Shown: positions 52,794 through 62,891, numbered from the stretch's first letter. The stretch is DNA of 64,000 bases from Candidatus Poseidoniaceae archaeon (GCA_949373075.1 CASIBX010000008.1:985-64984), one strand, 5' to 3'. Notes: a model not told the origin generated them from the sequence alone. Made by a program: numbers and translations.

Positions 52794-53365
52794 GCACTAA
52801 AGAAGAAGCAATGCAAGCAGTGAAAGTAATTCTAGAATATATTGAAGAGTCTTCAGATAGAGAAGGGTTACAAAAAACACCAGAGAGAGTGATAAATTCT
52901 TTTGATGAAATCTATGCTGGTTACAGTATGGATGCAGAAGAAGTATTGTCTTCAACATTCAATGGAGAAGGTTATGATGGAATTGTCCTATTACGCGACA
53001 TTGAATTCCATTCAACCTGTGAACATCACCTTCAACCTTTCAAAGGGCGCGCACATGTAGCATACATCCCTACAGAGAGAATTGTAGGAATCAGTAAACT
53101 CGCACGTATCGTGGAGTTACACGCAAGAAGACTTCAGAATCAAGAACGTATTACAAAAGGCGTTGCTGATGACTTAGAAAATCATCTGAATCCGTTAGGA
53201 GCGGCTGTAATTATTGAAGCCGCTCACGGTTGCATGCAATGTAGAGGTGTGTCAAAGCAGAATGCTATTATGACCACCAGTGCGATGCGAGGAGTATTCT
53301 TTGAGATAAATGAAGCTCGTACAGAATTGATGCAACTTATTCAAAGTGGGCCATTATCAAATTGA
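52790..53365 (+). CDS. folE: GTP cyclohydrolase I (FolE, type IA)
   Basis: REGL.KTPERV, STCEHHL.PF.G, GISKLAR, RRLQ.QER, H.CM.CRGV, TSAMRG. Confidence 0.95.
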   Translation: MSTKEEAMQAVKVILEYIEESSDREGLQKTPERVINSFDEIYAGYSMDAEEVLSSTFNGEGYDGIVLLRDIEFHSTCEHHLQPFKGRAHVAYIPTERIVGISKLARIVELHARRLQNQERITKGVADDLENHLNPLGAAVIIEAAHGCMQCRGVSKQNAIMTTSAMRGVFFEINEARTELMQLIQSGPLSN

Positions 53366-53374
53366 AGTGATAAA

Positions 53375-53971
53375 ATGGTGTCTTACCCAATTGTAGAGAT
53401 TTTTCATTCCGTACAGGGTGAAGCATTTCATGCAGGGGTTCCTCATGTATTCATAAGATTTGGAAATTGTAATCTCCGGTGTGAATGGTGCGATACAGAC
53501 TTCTTGAAATATGAGGAGATGGAATTAGATGAAATTGTCGAAACGGTTCTATCTTACCAGTGTCAACGCGTTATATTCACAGGAGGAGAGCCGTGCCTGC
53601 AAGACTTGGTGACAATTGGTTCTGTATTGAAAAAACACGGAATCAATCTTTCTGTTGAAACAAATGGAACAATGGCAGTACCCGATATCATTGACTGGAT
53701 ATGTGTTTCACCTAAAGATCAGGTTTACCCAAATGTTTCAATCAAGCAGAGGGAAGGAGATGAATTGAAAGTAGTGTACTGTGGACAAGACCTATCACTT
53801 TATGATGATTTAAAAACAGGTTTCACTCACAGATTTATTCAACCATGTTACTTAGAAAATGATTCTGTTGAACAAAATGGCCGTAACTTTGCAAAAGTTG
53901 AAGAAATTGTCAAATCAACACCTGGTTGGAGATTATCTTTACAGACACACAAATGGATGGGGGTAGACTAA
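53375..53971 (+). CDS. queE: 7-carboxy-7-deazaguanine synthase QueE
   Basis: EIFHSVQGE, CNLRCEWCDT, TGGEP, VETNG, SPK, WRLSLQTHK. Confidence 0.95.
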   Translation: MVSYPIVEIFHSVQGEAFHAGVPHVFIRFGNCNLRCEWCDTDFLKYEEMELDEIVETVLSYQCQRVIFTGGEPCLQDLVTIGSVLKKHGINLSVETNGTMAVPDIIDWICVSPKDQVYPNVSIKQREGDELKVVYCGQDLSLYDDLKTGFTHRFIQPCYLENDSVEQNGRNFAKVEEIVKSTPGWRLSLQTHKWMGVD

Positions 53972-55059
53972 TGCGAGCAGTTATGGCATTGAGTGGAGGA
54001 ATGGACTCAACAGGACTACTAATCCGACTACTTGCTGATGGATACAAAGTGAGTTGTATATCATACGAGTATGGGCAGAAGCATAATGTCGAGTTAGAGA
54101 GGGCTTGTGCTAACATCAAATATTTAGAAGAAAATGGTTTTGAAGTAGAACATAGGATCGTAGATTTATCTTCAGCCATGAGTATATTTCATTCAGCGTT
54201 GACTAGTGAAGACATAGAAATTCCAGAAGGTCATTATGAAGAAGAGCAGATGAAGGCCACCGTAGTACCTAATCGAAATGCAATCTTTGCATCGATTGTT
54301 TATGGATATGCTCTCTCTGTGGCCATAAGAGAAAATATAGATGTTGTAATTGCACTAGGAGTACACTCCGGTGACCATGCAATATATCCAGATTGTAGAC
54401 CAGAATTCTATGATTCACTTGGAGAGGCTTTTGCAATAGGAAACTGGGACAGTGAAAAGGTATCATTTCACCTACCTTACATCGATGGTGACAAAGAATC
54501 AATACTACGTGATTCACTGATTTCCTGTAAAAAATTAAAACTCGATTTCAATAATGTATTTTCCAACACGATTACCTCATACAATCCTGATGAACAGGGA
54601 AGATCTAGTGGCACAAGTGGTGCTGATGTAGAACGGATTCTTGCATTCCATGCAATTGGTAGAAAAGACCCAGTTGAGTACATCACTTCATGGGAAACGG
54701 TTCTTGAGGGTGCTCTCAAATCTCAATTGAGACATTACGTAATGAAGAAGAATGGAACTGAACGTCCATTTACAGGCGAATATGACAAGCACTATGAAAA
54801 TGGTAAGTACCATTGTGCAGATTGCGACAAAGTTCTATTCACATCTGAAGACAAATTCGATTCTGGTTGTGGATGGCCAGCATTTAGTTCAGAGGAAAGT
54901 CAAGCCAATATCACTCAAGTAAAGGACGTTACACATGGAATGGTCCGAATAGAAGTTCGATGTTCTGAATGTGATTCCCATTTAGGCCATCTATTCCATG
55001 AATATAGTGGGCCGCGTTATTGCATAAATTCAATATGTTTAGATTTCAAAGGTGAGTAA
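53971..55059 (+). CDS. queC: 7-cyano-7-deazaguanine synthase QueC fused to methionine-R-sulfoxide reductase MsrB
   Basis: SGGMDS, YGQKH, TVVPNRNAIF, GVHSGDHAIYPDCRPEF; then in frame GTERPFTG, CADC, KFDSGCGWPAF, RIEVRCSECDSHLGH, RYCINS. Confidence 0.92.
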   Translation: MRAVMALSGGMDSTGLLIRLLADGYKVSCISYEYGQKHNVELERACANIKYLEENGFEVEHRIVDLSSAMSIFHSALTSEDIEIPEGHYEEEQMKATVVPNRNAIFASIVYGYALSVAIRENIDVVIALGVHSGDHAIYPDCRPEFYDSLGEAFAIGNWDSEKVSFHLPYIDGDKESILRDSLISCKKLKLDFNNVFSNTITSYNPDEQGRSSGTSGADVERILAFHAIGRKDPVEYITSWETVLEGALKSQLRHYVMKKNGTERPFTGEYDKHYENGKYHCADCDKVLFTSEDKFDSGCGWPAFSSEESQANITQVKDVTHGMVRIEVRCSECDSHLGHLFHEYSGPRYCINSICLDFKGE

Positions 55060-55060
55060 G

Positions 55061-55510
55061 ATGGTGACAACAATTAGACGATATGTAGAAACTGATACTG
55101 GACACAGAGTTCCCAACCACAAATCAAAATGCCGTCACATGCACGGGCACAGATATCGTTTTGAAGCCGAAATAGAAGGTGATGTGGTAAATGTTGGAGG
55201 AGTTTCAGAAGAAGGAATGTTAATCGATTTTTCAGATGTATCCAATATCTTGAATGAGTATGTGCACGATATTATCGACCATGCATTCGTAGTGTACGAC
55301 AAAGATACAGTACTGCTAGAATTGTTCGATAAACTCCCACCTGAGCACAGGATAGTGAGGGTGCCCTTCATTCCAACTGCCGAAAATTTAGCTAAGTGGG
55401 CATTCGAACAAGTAGCACCACACATTAGAACATCATATGGCAATGACTTACGACTAGTGGCAATGCACGTCAGAGAGACTCCGAAGTCTTGGGCTTGCTG
55501 GAAGGAGTAA
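55061..55510 (+). CDS. queD: 6-carboxy-5,6,7,8-tetrahydropterin synthase QueD
   Basis: GHRVP.H.SKCRHMHGHRY, GMLIDFS, DH, PTAENLA, VRETP. Confidence 0.92.
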   Translation: MVTTIRRYVETDTGHRVPNHKSKCRHMHGHRYRFEAEIEGDVVNVGGVSEEGMLIDFSDVSNILNEYVHDIIDHAFVVYDKDTVLLELFDKLPPEHRIVRVPFIPTAENLAKWAFEQVAPHIRTSYGNDLRLVAMHVRETPKSWACWKE

Positions 55511-56306
55511 CACGCTTTCTGCGTTCCCTCTTCCAATTTTCATCACCAGATACTTTCTGCAAAGCCGTAGTTGCTTGGACGAATGAACCAATCATTCTCT
55601 CGGCTTCAGTATCCAATGGTATGCCTCGCATTATTACGCGGTCATATACATCCGCAATCAATTCATTAATATCGCTATCAAGGGAATTGGCAAACTCATC
55701 GATTGATTGTTTCAATATTTGTCTTAATTGTGGTGCCAAACCTCTCTGTTTTATTACGCCTTTAATCGGTGCACCATTCAAAATCCGATCTCTATGCAAT
55801 TCATAGACACAATGTCCAACTGCCTGTGAAAGGTTAGCTATTGGGTATCCCTCCCAGGTTGGTAAGGTAAGCAAAAAATCACACATGTCTAACTCTTCGG
55901 AAGATAGCCCTTTACCCTCTTCACCAAAAATTAGCGAGACTCTACCTTCGAGGTTTCGAATTTTTTCAGCAAACTCCCATGGCAAAATAAAATGGCGTTT
56001 GAGAATCTTCGAACCGACTTCTCTTTTGCCACTAGTACCAACGACCAGTGAAGAATCTGCAATTGCGTCTTCGAGTGAGGTGTAAATCATAGCAGAATCC
56101 AATATGCTGCCAGAGTGCTTAGCACGATTTCGTGCTTCTTCATCATCTACAGAGCATTCCGGACTTACCAGTGACAACTTGGTAAAACCATGATTGAGCA
56201 TTGCCCTACAAACAGCTCCTAAATTGCCTGGATGGTTAATGCCAACCAATACTATGTCTAATTCGTAATTAGAGGTTGGAAGCGGCACATTCATTCTATC
56301 GCCCAT
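55470..56306 (-). CDS. trmJ: SPOUT tRNA methyltransferase, TrmJ family
   Basis: IVLV...HPGNLGAVCRAM.N.G, FGEE..GLS.EEL..C, P...YP..NLSQAV. Confidence 0.88.
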   Translation of the reverse strand: MGDRMNVPLPTSNYELDIVLVGINHPGNLGAVCRAMLNHGFTKLSLVSPECSVDDEEARNRAKHSGSILDSAMIYTSLEDAIADSSLVVGTSGKREVGSKILKRHFILPWEFAEKIRNLEGRVSLIFGEEGKGLSSEELDMCDFLLTLPTWEGYPIANLSQAVGHCVYELHRDRILNGAPIKGVIKQRGLAPQLRQILKQSIDEFANSLDSDINELIADVYDRVIMRGIPLDTEAERMIGSFVQATTALQKVSGDENWKRERRKRVTPSSKPKTSESL

Positions 56307-56512
56307 TACAAGACCTCCGCAATCCAGCGAGGGTCACAGGGAGCGTACAGAAAGAATACTGCCTCCTCATCATTTTCACGGTCAGGCATAACAATCGAAT
56401 GCTTACGATAACCATGATTGTCACGAAGATGCTGAATGAGCACCAACAATTCGTCCTTGCTACCATGCACACTGACGGGATTTCTGTCCCAGGCGACTCT
56501 AATCGCCATCAA
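56306..56512 (-). CDS. Small hypothetical protein in the ribosomal operon
   Basis: 68-aa ORF between rps17e and trmJ; TAATG coupling to trmJ. Confidence 0.7.
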   Translation of the reverse strand: MMAIRVAWDRNPVSVHGSKDELLVLIQHLRDNHGYRKHSIVMPDRENDEEAVFFLYAPCDPRWIAEVL

Positions 56513-56519
56513 TGAAACC

Positions 56520-56714
56520 TCAGTCAGTACGGCGCTGTCGATATCTGGTTACGTATCCGGCAATCCAATTGCGCAATTTCTTGGATCCACCTACATCAGT
56601 GAGTTCTTGAACCATTTTCTTGTTGTGGTCAAAATCATTGGTGAACTTTTCACCATGTTCTTCACATAGAATAATTGCACGTATTTTGATAAAACTTGGA
56701 CGTATATTACCCAT
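56520..56714 (-). CDS. rps17e: 30S ribosomal protein S17e
   Basis: [10 protein letters not shown]...FTNDFDHNK...[14 protein letters not shown]. Confidence 0.95.
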   Translation of the reverse strand: MGNIRPSFIKIRAIILCEEHGEKFTNDFDHNKKMVQELTDVGGSKKLRNWIAGYVTRYRQRRTD

Positions 56715-56716
56715 TT

Positions 56717-56992
56717 TCACTCCTCCATGAGTTTGACTTCGATAGGAATATCTGGCTCGTCGTGACGAGTAACTTGTAGTCTAATCTTGCGTGGAGGATT
56801 CTCAATTCCACGTTCCCATATCTTTTCATTGACCGCTGGGTCAATCCAGACTTCTTCGTCCTCAGCTACTTTCAGATGCTGGACTACTTGATTTTTGATG
56901 ATTTGGATAGCCCTAGGTGCTCTCTTGTATCGAGTAATGTTCCATGCGTTCCTCAAAGGAACTACTAATTCGCTAACTGCTCCACGTGCCAT
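56717..56992 (-). CDS. rpl31e: 50S ribosomal protein L31e
   Basis: VPLR......[26 protein letters not shown]. Confidence 0.95.
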   Translation of the reverse strand: MARGAVSELVVPLRNAWNITRYKRAPRAIQIIKNQVVQHLKVAEDEEVWIDPAVNEKIWERGIENPPRKIRLQVTRHDEPDIPIEVKLMEE

Positions 56993-56998
56993 TCATAA

Positions 56999-57154
56999 TC
57001 ACCTCTGTAATTTACTGCGCCTCCAGTGGTGGCGCTTTGGATGAGAAACTGTATTGCGCGCTGTCTTAAGCATGACCCAGACAGGTACACGTCGGTTTTG
57101 CTTTCCAACCTTCAATAGGCGGATTTTCTTTGCGGCCGGCTTGTTGCGTGACAT
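56999..57154 (-). CDS. rpl39e: 50S ribosomal protein L39e (absent from ORF track)
   Basis: Manual translation [60 protein letters not shown]. Confidence 0.95.
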   Translation of the reverse strand: MSRNKPAAKKIRLLKVGKQNRRVPVWVMLKTARNTVSHPKRHHWRRSKLQR

Positions 57155-57163
57155 ATTTTCACC

Positions 57164-57532
57164 TCAGATTCTACGTATGCTAGTCTCTCGGCGGCCTTCA
57201 GAAAGGCCAGCGAGGATTCGCTTGAGTTGTTGATCGTTTACAGGGATTGCGATTCTGTTTTCACCAGCGAGTGTAGCCAGATGCGTTTTGACCCTTGTTG
57301 TCAACTCTTGGTTGACCAGATTGAGGCTGGCTAAACGAGAGCGGGCCTCAGGAGTAAGAATTGTCTTCATTGAACCATCGAGTTCTGCAACTGCAGCTGC
57401 TTGAGTTTGCTGCTCGATTTCAGCATCGGCTTGTGCAGCAGCCTGTTCCTCTAACTGAGTCTGAATCTGAGCCATGCGTTGAGCACGCAGGTTGGCCAAT
57501 TCATCGTCAGCAGTGGAAGCCATAGTAGTCAC
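57164..57532 (-). CDS. PDCD5-family dsDNA-binding protein
   Basis: DELANLRAQRMAQ, ILTPEARSRL, D.QLK.IL, usual position after rps19e. Confidence 0.9.
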   Translation of the reverse strand: MTTMASTADDELANLRAQRMAQIQTQLEEQAAAQADAEIEQQTQAAAVAELDGSMKTILTPEARSRLASLNLVNQELTTRVKTHLATLAGENRIAIPVNDQQLKRILAGLSEGRRETSIRRI

Positions 57533-57552
57533 GTCCTTTCACTTCCATTGAA

Positions 57553-58044
57553 TCAGTACTTTGCTAGACCAGGATATGCTTCCTCGGCCTTACCACGTAC
57601 TGAGTGAGCAACTTCATCTAGGACTTTTTGACCTAGTGGAGTGAGTGCTCTACCTGCATACAGTTTTTGGTCACCATCAACTGACTGAACAGTTCTAGTT
57701 TCCATCATTTGAATTAATCCAGCATCTCCAAGTTGTTGTAATGCTGTGCGAATAATGTGACGGCTACCCATAGCCGGAGTATGTGGGTTAGAGCCATTGT
57801 CTTTCTTCCCACCATATGCTTGTGCAAGCGAATTTACTCCAATTGGACCTTCACGGCCAACCTTTCGTAGTAGGGCAGCGCAACGCAACATCCACCAGTT
57901 TTCTTGAGAAGGAGGGCGTTCACGATGAATGCCTGTCTTTACGTAATCAGCCCACTCCGGACGTGAAATCCCATCAATATCAGATAGTCTATCAGCAAGA
58001 GCTGGGTTCAATAGGTCTGCAGGGACATCATAGAACGTCGTCAT
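57553..58044 (-). CDS. rps19e: 30S ribosomal protein S19e
   Basis: YDVPAD, PEWA.YVKTG.H.ERPP, WW..R.AALLRK, YGG, IIRTALQQL, GR.LTP.G. Confidence 0.96.
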   Translation of the reverse strand: MTTFYDVPADLLNPALADRLSDIDGISRPEWADYVKTGIHRERPPSQENWWMLRCAALLRKVGREGPIGVNSLAQAYGGKKDNGSNPHTPAMGSRHIIRTALQQLGDAGLIQMMETRTVQSVDGDQKLYAGRALTPLGQKVLDEVAHSVRGKAEEAYPGLAKY

Positions 58045-58181
58045 CGTAGCACCAAGCAACTTGCCGACCAAACTCCCCTATATGAAAGGCACTGTTCTTG
58101 CGGTGTTTTGGACACTTACAGAGAGGGGACTGCGGGCCTAGTTTCGCAGGGTTCATGAAGTACTCTCATTTGGGGTCAAAC

Positions 58182-59138
58182 ATGCGTAAGGCATTGGCCC
58201 AAAATCCGAACTTGTTGCGGACGCTAATTGGCATGGGGGTGACTCTCATATTTTTACTTGCATACGCAGTGTACGGAGCCACAATCAGCACTGAATATTT
58301 CATCTACAAATCTAATTCCCAAGAAGTTGAATTGGAACTGGGTGAGCCAGAACGATATTACGATGATAGTTCAGACTCAACAACATGGACCTGGGATGTG
58401 GAACTAAATGGTGAGAACCTCACTTGGGTCAATCTTTCTGCCAGTTCGCTATCAACAGGTGCGGTAATTTCGATTTCAAATGCAGCAGGTATCTACAGTC
58501 ATCCTGACTTAGGCGACGAAGATGCCAAAGAGTTTTCATGTTCAACATCTTGTCTAAAACGTAACGAGCATCTGGCCAACTCCACAGATGGCATGGCAGA
58601 AATATATTCCTTAACAGATCCTGACCCGGCTTTGAGAGGAACCGGAACAGTGTATGCTGATTCGCTAAAGGAAGCAACCAAAAAAGCAAGCGAACTAATT
58701 GAAACCGATTTCGAGCCTGCAAACGTTAGGATAACTGTACAAGAACAGGGAGATAGAAATGTTAACCCATCTGTGGTATTGACACAAGTCAATGAAGAAC
58801 TTTCTGACATTAGTCAATTTGAAGTTGATGCTGCAACAGAATTCATGTGGGCTTTGGCTGCAGTAATTGGGTGCTTTAGTATGGTTTTAGTTCCATCATT
58901 CACCGTTTATTTCGCTGCAAGGGCGAAACAAAATAAGTTAGATTTGAAACTTGAAGCGGCAAAGGTAGAATTAGATTCTAATTCAGATACAGAGGAGGAA
59001 AAAACTGTAGTTGAAGAGATAGAAGACAAAGATAAGACCGAAGATCAAAAACCGGTTAATATCACTTACAATATACAAAATATCGCAATTCAGGACTCCG
59101 TTTTAGTTGATTCAAATATATCTAATGAATCAGAATAA
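58182..59138 (+). CDS. Hypothetical two-TM membrane protein
   Basis: N- and C-terminal hydrophobic helices around an acidic external domain. Confidence 0.75.
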   Translation: MRKALAQNPNLLRTLIGMGVTLIFLLAYAVYGATISTEYFIYKSNSQEVELELGEPERYYDDSSDSTTWTWDVELNGENLTWVNLSASSLSTGAVISISNAAGIYSHPDLGDEDAKEFSCSTSCLKRNEHLANSTDGMAEIYSLTDPDPALRGTGTVYADSLKEATKKASELIETDFEPANVRITVQEQGDRNVNPSVVLTQVNEELSDISQFEVDAATEFMWALAAVIGCFSMVLVPSFTVYFAARAKQNKLDLKLEAAKVELDSNSDTEEEKTVVEEIEDKDKTEDQKPVNITYNIQNIAIQDSVLVDSNISNESE

Positions 59139-59208
59139 TTTGATATTACGTTCTAAAAATTGAGCGAAGGTGTCATATTGCTTGCAACATTGTCATGAGC
59201 CGAGGCCC

Positions 59209-62200
59209 ATGCGACGTATCATCCCAATAGTACTCATCGCGCTACTCATTCCATCAATATCTCCGATGGTTGTAGCTACGTCAGGACGGGCTGTGAATAT
59301 CGACTTAGATGTAACTGATATATCGATAACTTACCCTGATTCTGTGAACCAATCTCTGTACAAAATGTTCTCTTCAAACTATCCGATTGCTGAGTTTAAT
59401 AAGCCTGAAAACCTCTATGTTACCGATGGTGTTGTAGATGTTGAAATGAACATAAATGTTGTAATTGAAAATTTGGGGACAGTACAGTCTGGATTTGTGG
59501 ACATTGAATTATTGGTACTACACAATGAGTACGCAAGATTTGAACTTCTTAACGAATCTCGGACACTTAGTCCGATATCAGGATCTTCTTCCGCCTCGAT
59601 TGATGTTTTATGGACACCTAATTATGCAGGAAAATCATACATTGCAGATAACAGTATCAAACTCGAATGGTGATGATGACGTAACAAATAATCAACAAAC
59701 AAGGCACTTGACTGTAGCCTATCTGTATGACAACTGCGTTGACATGTCACAATGGACAAGTTCTGGTGAATGGGCAGTCAATTCGGATGCTTTTATCTCG
59801 CAATCCAATTCATTCCACGTAGGAAACGGGCAATTTTCAACTTATACAAATTCACAAACTTCAACTTTAACAAGCCCTACTTTTAACGTAGCAGATGATG
59901 TAAATGGCCATAATTCTGCAATAGGATATTCATTTTTCTATACGGGCGGGGCAGGAGCCGGTGAACAAATGAAGGGTTACATCAAGGACGACATGGGGAA
60001 CTGGGATGAAACTTTCACACTGTCTAGTGTTGTCGATAATAATTTCCAGGATGGGATAAATTGGCAAACATTTTCAGTTCCATACAACGGCAAAAGTTCT
60101 CCACTAATCCCAGTTGACAATTCACATTTCCATTCATCGACACAAATGAGATTTACATTTACATCTGATGCACTAGACAATGACATTGGATATTGGATAG
60201 ATGACTTAGTAATAATTTATGACCAAGCTGCAAGGAAAGTTGAGTATCAAGTTAACTTGGCGGGTGTAAGTGCATTGGGTGGTTTACCTGGAGATTGGTC
60301 AACAACGCGTCTTGAAGTTACAAATTCAGGGAATATATCTGGAAGGTACACACCTGTGGCCAGTGGAGTACCAAATGGTTGGTCACACTACTTCGCCAAT
60401 CCTAATGGAGCAAGTATTGGTTCATCGGGTTTAGAACTATTACCCGGGGAATCAAGGATTTTTGATTTACGTGTGTTAGTTGATAGTAATGCCACTCAAG
60501 GCAATTTGCCAGTAACTGTAAACGTCACATCTAATCTATACCCGGATGTTCAACACGGAGTTGAGACAGTGCTAAAGGTTCTACCAGATCGACTACCCGA
60601 CATCATTGTGCCAGATGTCACCCCAAGATGTAGCCCCGGTTCTAGTTGTAATTTCCCCATTCAAATAAAAAATGTAGGAGATGCAACCGATGTCTTCTCA
60701 CTATCAATCGCAGATAAAAATGTGCCAACTGGATGGAGTATGTCACTGGCTTGGAATCAGTCGACAAATGTATTGGTCAGAGTTGACACACCGATTGATG
60801 TATGGATGACTGCAACTGTTCCAGAAGGAGTTGAGCCGGATGTGACGGCGGAAGTATGGCTCACAGCGACGAGTACAAATGATTCACGAAGGTCAGATAT
60901 GGAAGCGATTGAGGTATCTGCAGCAATGATAAGTGACTCGGAGATTTCAGCTGAACTATTGGGTCAAGAAGATGGGTTTATTGATGCTGGACAATCAACA
61001 GATGTTTCATTCAGAATCTGGAATAACGCCAGCCGGATTGACATATTCCGGCCTCAAGTCGATTTCACTGAAGTTACAGGTTGGACTGTGGAATTACTGA
61101 ATTCACCCGATTTAGCAATATCTCCCGAGTCGTCATCGACGTACTCTGTAAGGATTACAGCGCCAATTACTGCACAAGCGGGAGACATGGGGCCAATGAT
61201 TACACCGAAGGCACTTTCGATGCGCTCTGGCCAATTAATTACTGGAGATGCTTGGCAAGGGCTGAGAGTAAACTCATTGCATGACCTGTCAATCCAACTG
61301 ATTGAATCCCCTAGTAAATTAACTCCTGGCGTACCAATAATGATGACTGTAGAAGTTACGAATAGCGGTAATGGACCTGCTGTGGCGATAATTGATCTGC
61401 CTTGGTCACCAGAATCGTGGACTTGGTGGGCATTGGTCGATGGAACTAATGTTACAGATGGTGTACCACTATCGGTTTCATATGACTTGGAGAATATCAA
61501 AACCGTTAATATCTGGTTAACACTAACATCACTAGAAGCACCAGGTGAATTTCATGAGATTACTATTACTGTAGAGCCAGAAGATGGTGAAGACAATAAT
61601 GGCGACGACAATTACGTGATGTTTGAAGCTATAACTGAAACAATACGACAACCAAGGCTAGATGGATATTCTAATGAAAGCATTGTAGAAACTGGTTCAA
61701 CCTACACCTTCAACGCTACAGCATGGAATATAGGAAATGCAGCAGACAATACAATCAGGGCAAGATTGGTTCTACAAACCAATCCAGCCTCATCGAATGT
61801 TGTTGGGTTCCTATCGACTGAGAATGGGCTCTCAAAAACAGCAGGGGAATGGATAAACCTCAACTTAGGAGCAACAGAATCTGTGGACTTACTCGCTGAC
61901 GTAATCATTTCATCAGACTGTGGCCTCAACTCAATAATTTCTGCCACAATTGAACTGGAAGGTGGAGCCGATGAATTAGGCCGCCCAATTGTAAAAACAA
62001 TAACAGTAGCATTGATGGTTGGCGAGAGAAGAAATGTTGTGCTTGAAGAAATTTCAGCACCAGATGAACAATTGAAAGAGGATTCAAAACACATAATGTG
62101 GGTTAATCTCACCTCAACATCTACTCAAGATGAGATATTCGATATCGATGCAAGTATACCTAATGGATGGGGGCTCATTTGTGATGGCAATACAATCCAT

Positions 62201-62719
62201 CTTCAATCGGTCAGAATTGAAATGGACCAAGGGCACTTGATTACTCAAAGCCATGACATGCGCTGTGAATTAATTCGAGAATCTGGACCATATGATGGTG
62301 AAGTTAAGTTGTCCATCAATGGAAGTGATGATAGAATAAACTATGAAATAACCAACAGAATAACCTGGGCAAGTCCGAATGTTGAGGAAACTATGTTCTC
62401 TACAACTGTGGTTGCATCAAGCATTGGTGGGTTTACCTTACTAGCAGCAATTATACTGTTTTTGAGAAAGAGTGATTCTGATGATGAATTCGACGACGAT
62501 TACGAAGATGATGAGCAATTCATCGAAGAGGATTTACCTATGAAAGGACCTCCTGCATCTGCATTTGCAGGCCCACCCGCGACTGTGCAACCGGTTGAAG
62601 ATACAATGACTGAGTATGAAAGACAAGTTGATGAATATAATAGAAAAGTAGCCGAATATCAGGCATGGCAGGCTGCGCAAGGTTCACAGGTAGTAGATGA
62701 TACGACCAACAATGAGTGA
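59209..62719 (+). CDS. Large secreted/surface protein with Ig-like (CARDB/NEW3-like) repeats and C-terminal TM; one frameshift near 59632
   Basis: Signal peptide MRRIIPIVLIALL; repeated N.G(N) Ig-like motifs; ORFs 59170-59673 and 59465-62719 join at gcaggaaaatcatac; TM then GPP-rich tail. Confidence 0.78.
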
Positions 62720-62891
62720 GTTACCAGTAATGTGGTTCGGCTTGCTATCATTAGTTGCGATATTTGGAGTTGCAACATGGTTTTTAGAAAACTTCTCTGA
62801 AAAAAATGAATTGAAAAAAATAACCGGCATTTGTGGAGTGATTTCAATGCTTTCTCTGTTATATTTGACATTTACAACTGAGGGGATCTGA
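62712..62891 (+). CDS. Small two-TM hypothetical protein
   Basis: 59 aa, two hydrophobic helices; overlaps both neighbours. Confidence 0.65.
   Translation: MSELPVMWFGLLSLVAIFGVATWFLENFSEKNELKKITGICGVISMLSLLYLTFTTEGI

Noticed and set aside
52617..55510. Dpd-type DNA deazaguanine modification, or QueC-based defence (Qat, type IV CBASS)
   Set aside because: No dpdA/TGT-like, cyclase, nuclease or Qat genes nearby; folE-queE-queC-queD is adequately explained by preQ0/archaeosine supply
59625..59640. Phase-variable frameshift in the surface protein
   Set aside because: Only an A4 run; a single indel error is more likely given errors elsewhere in the window
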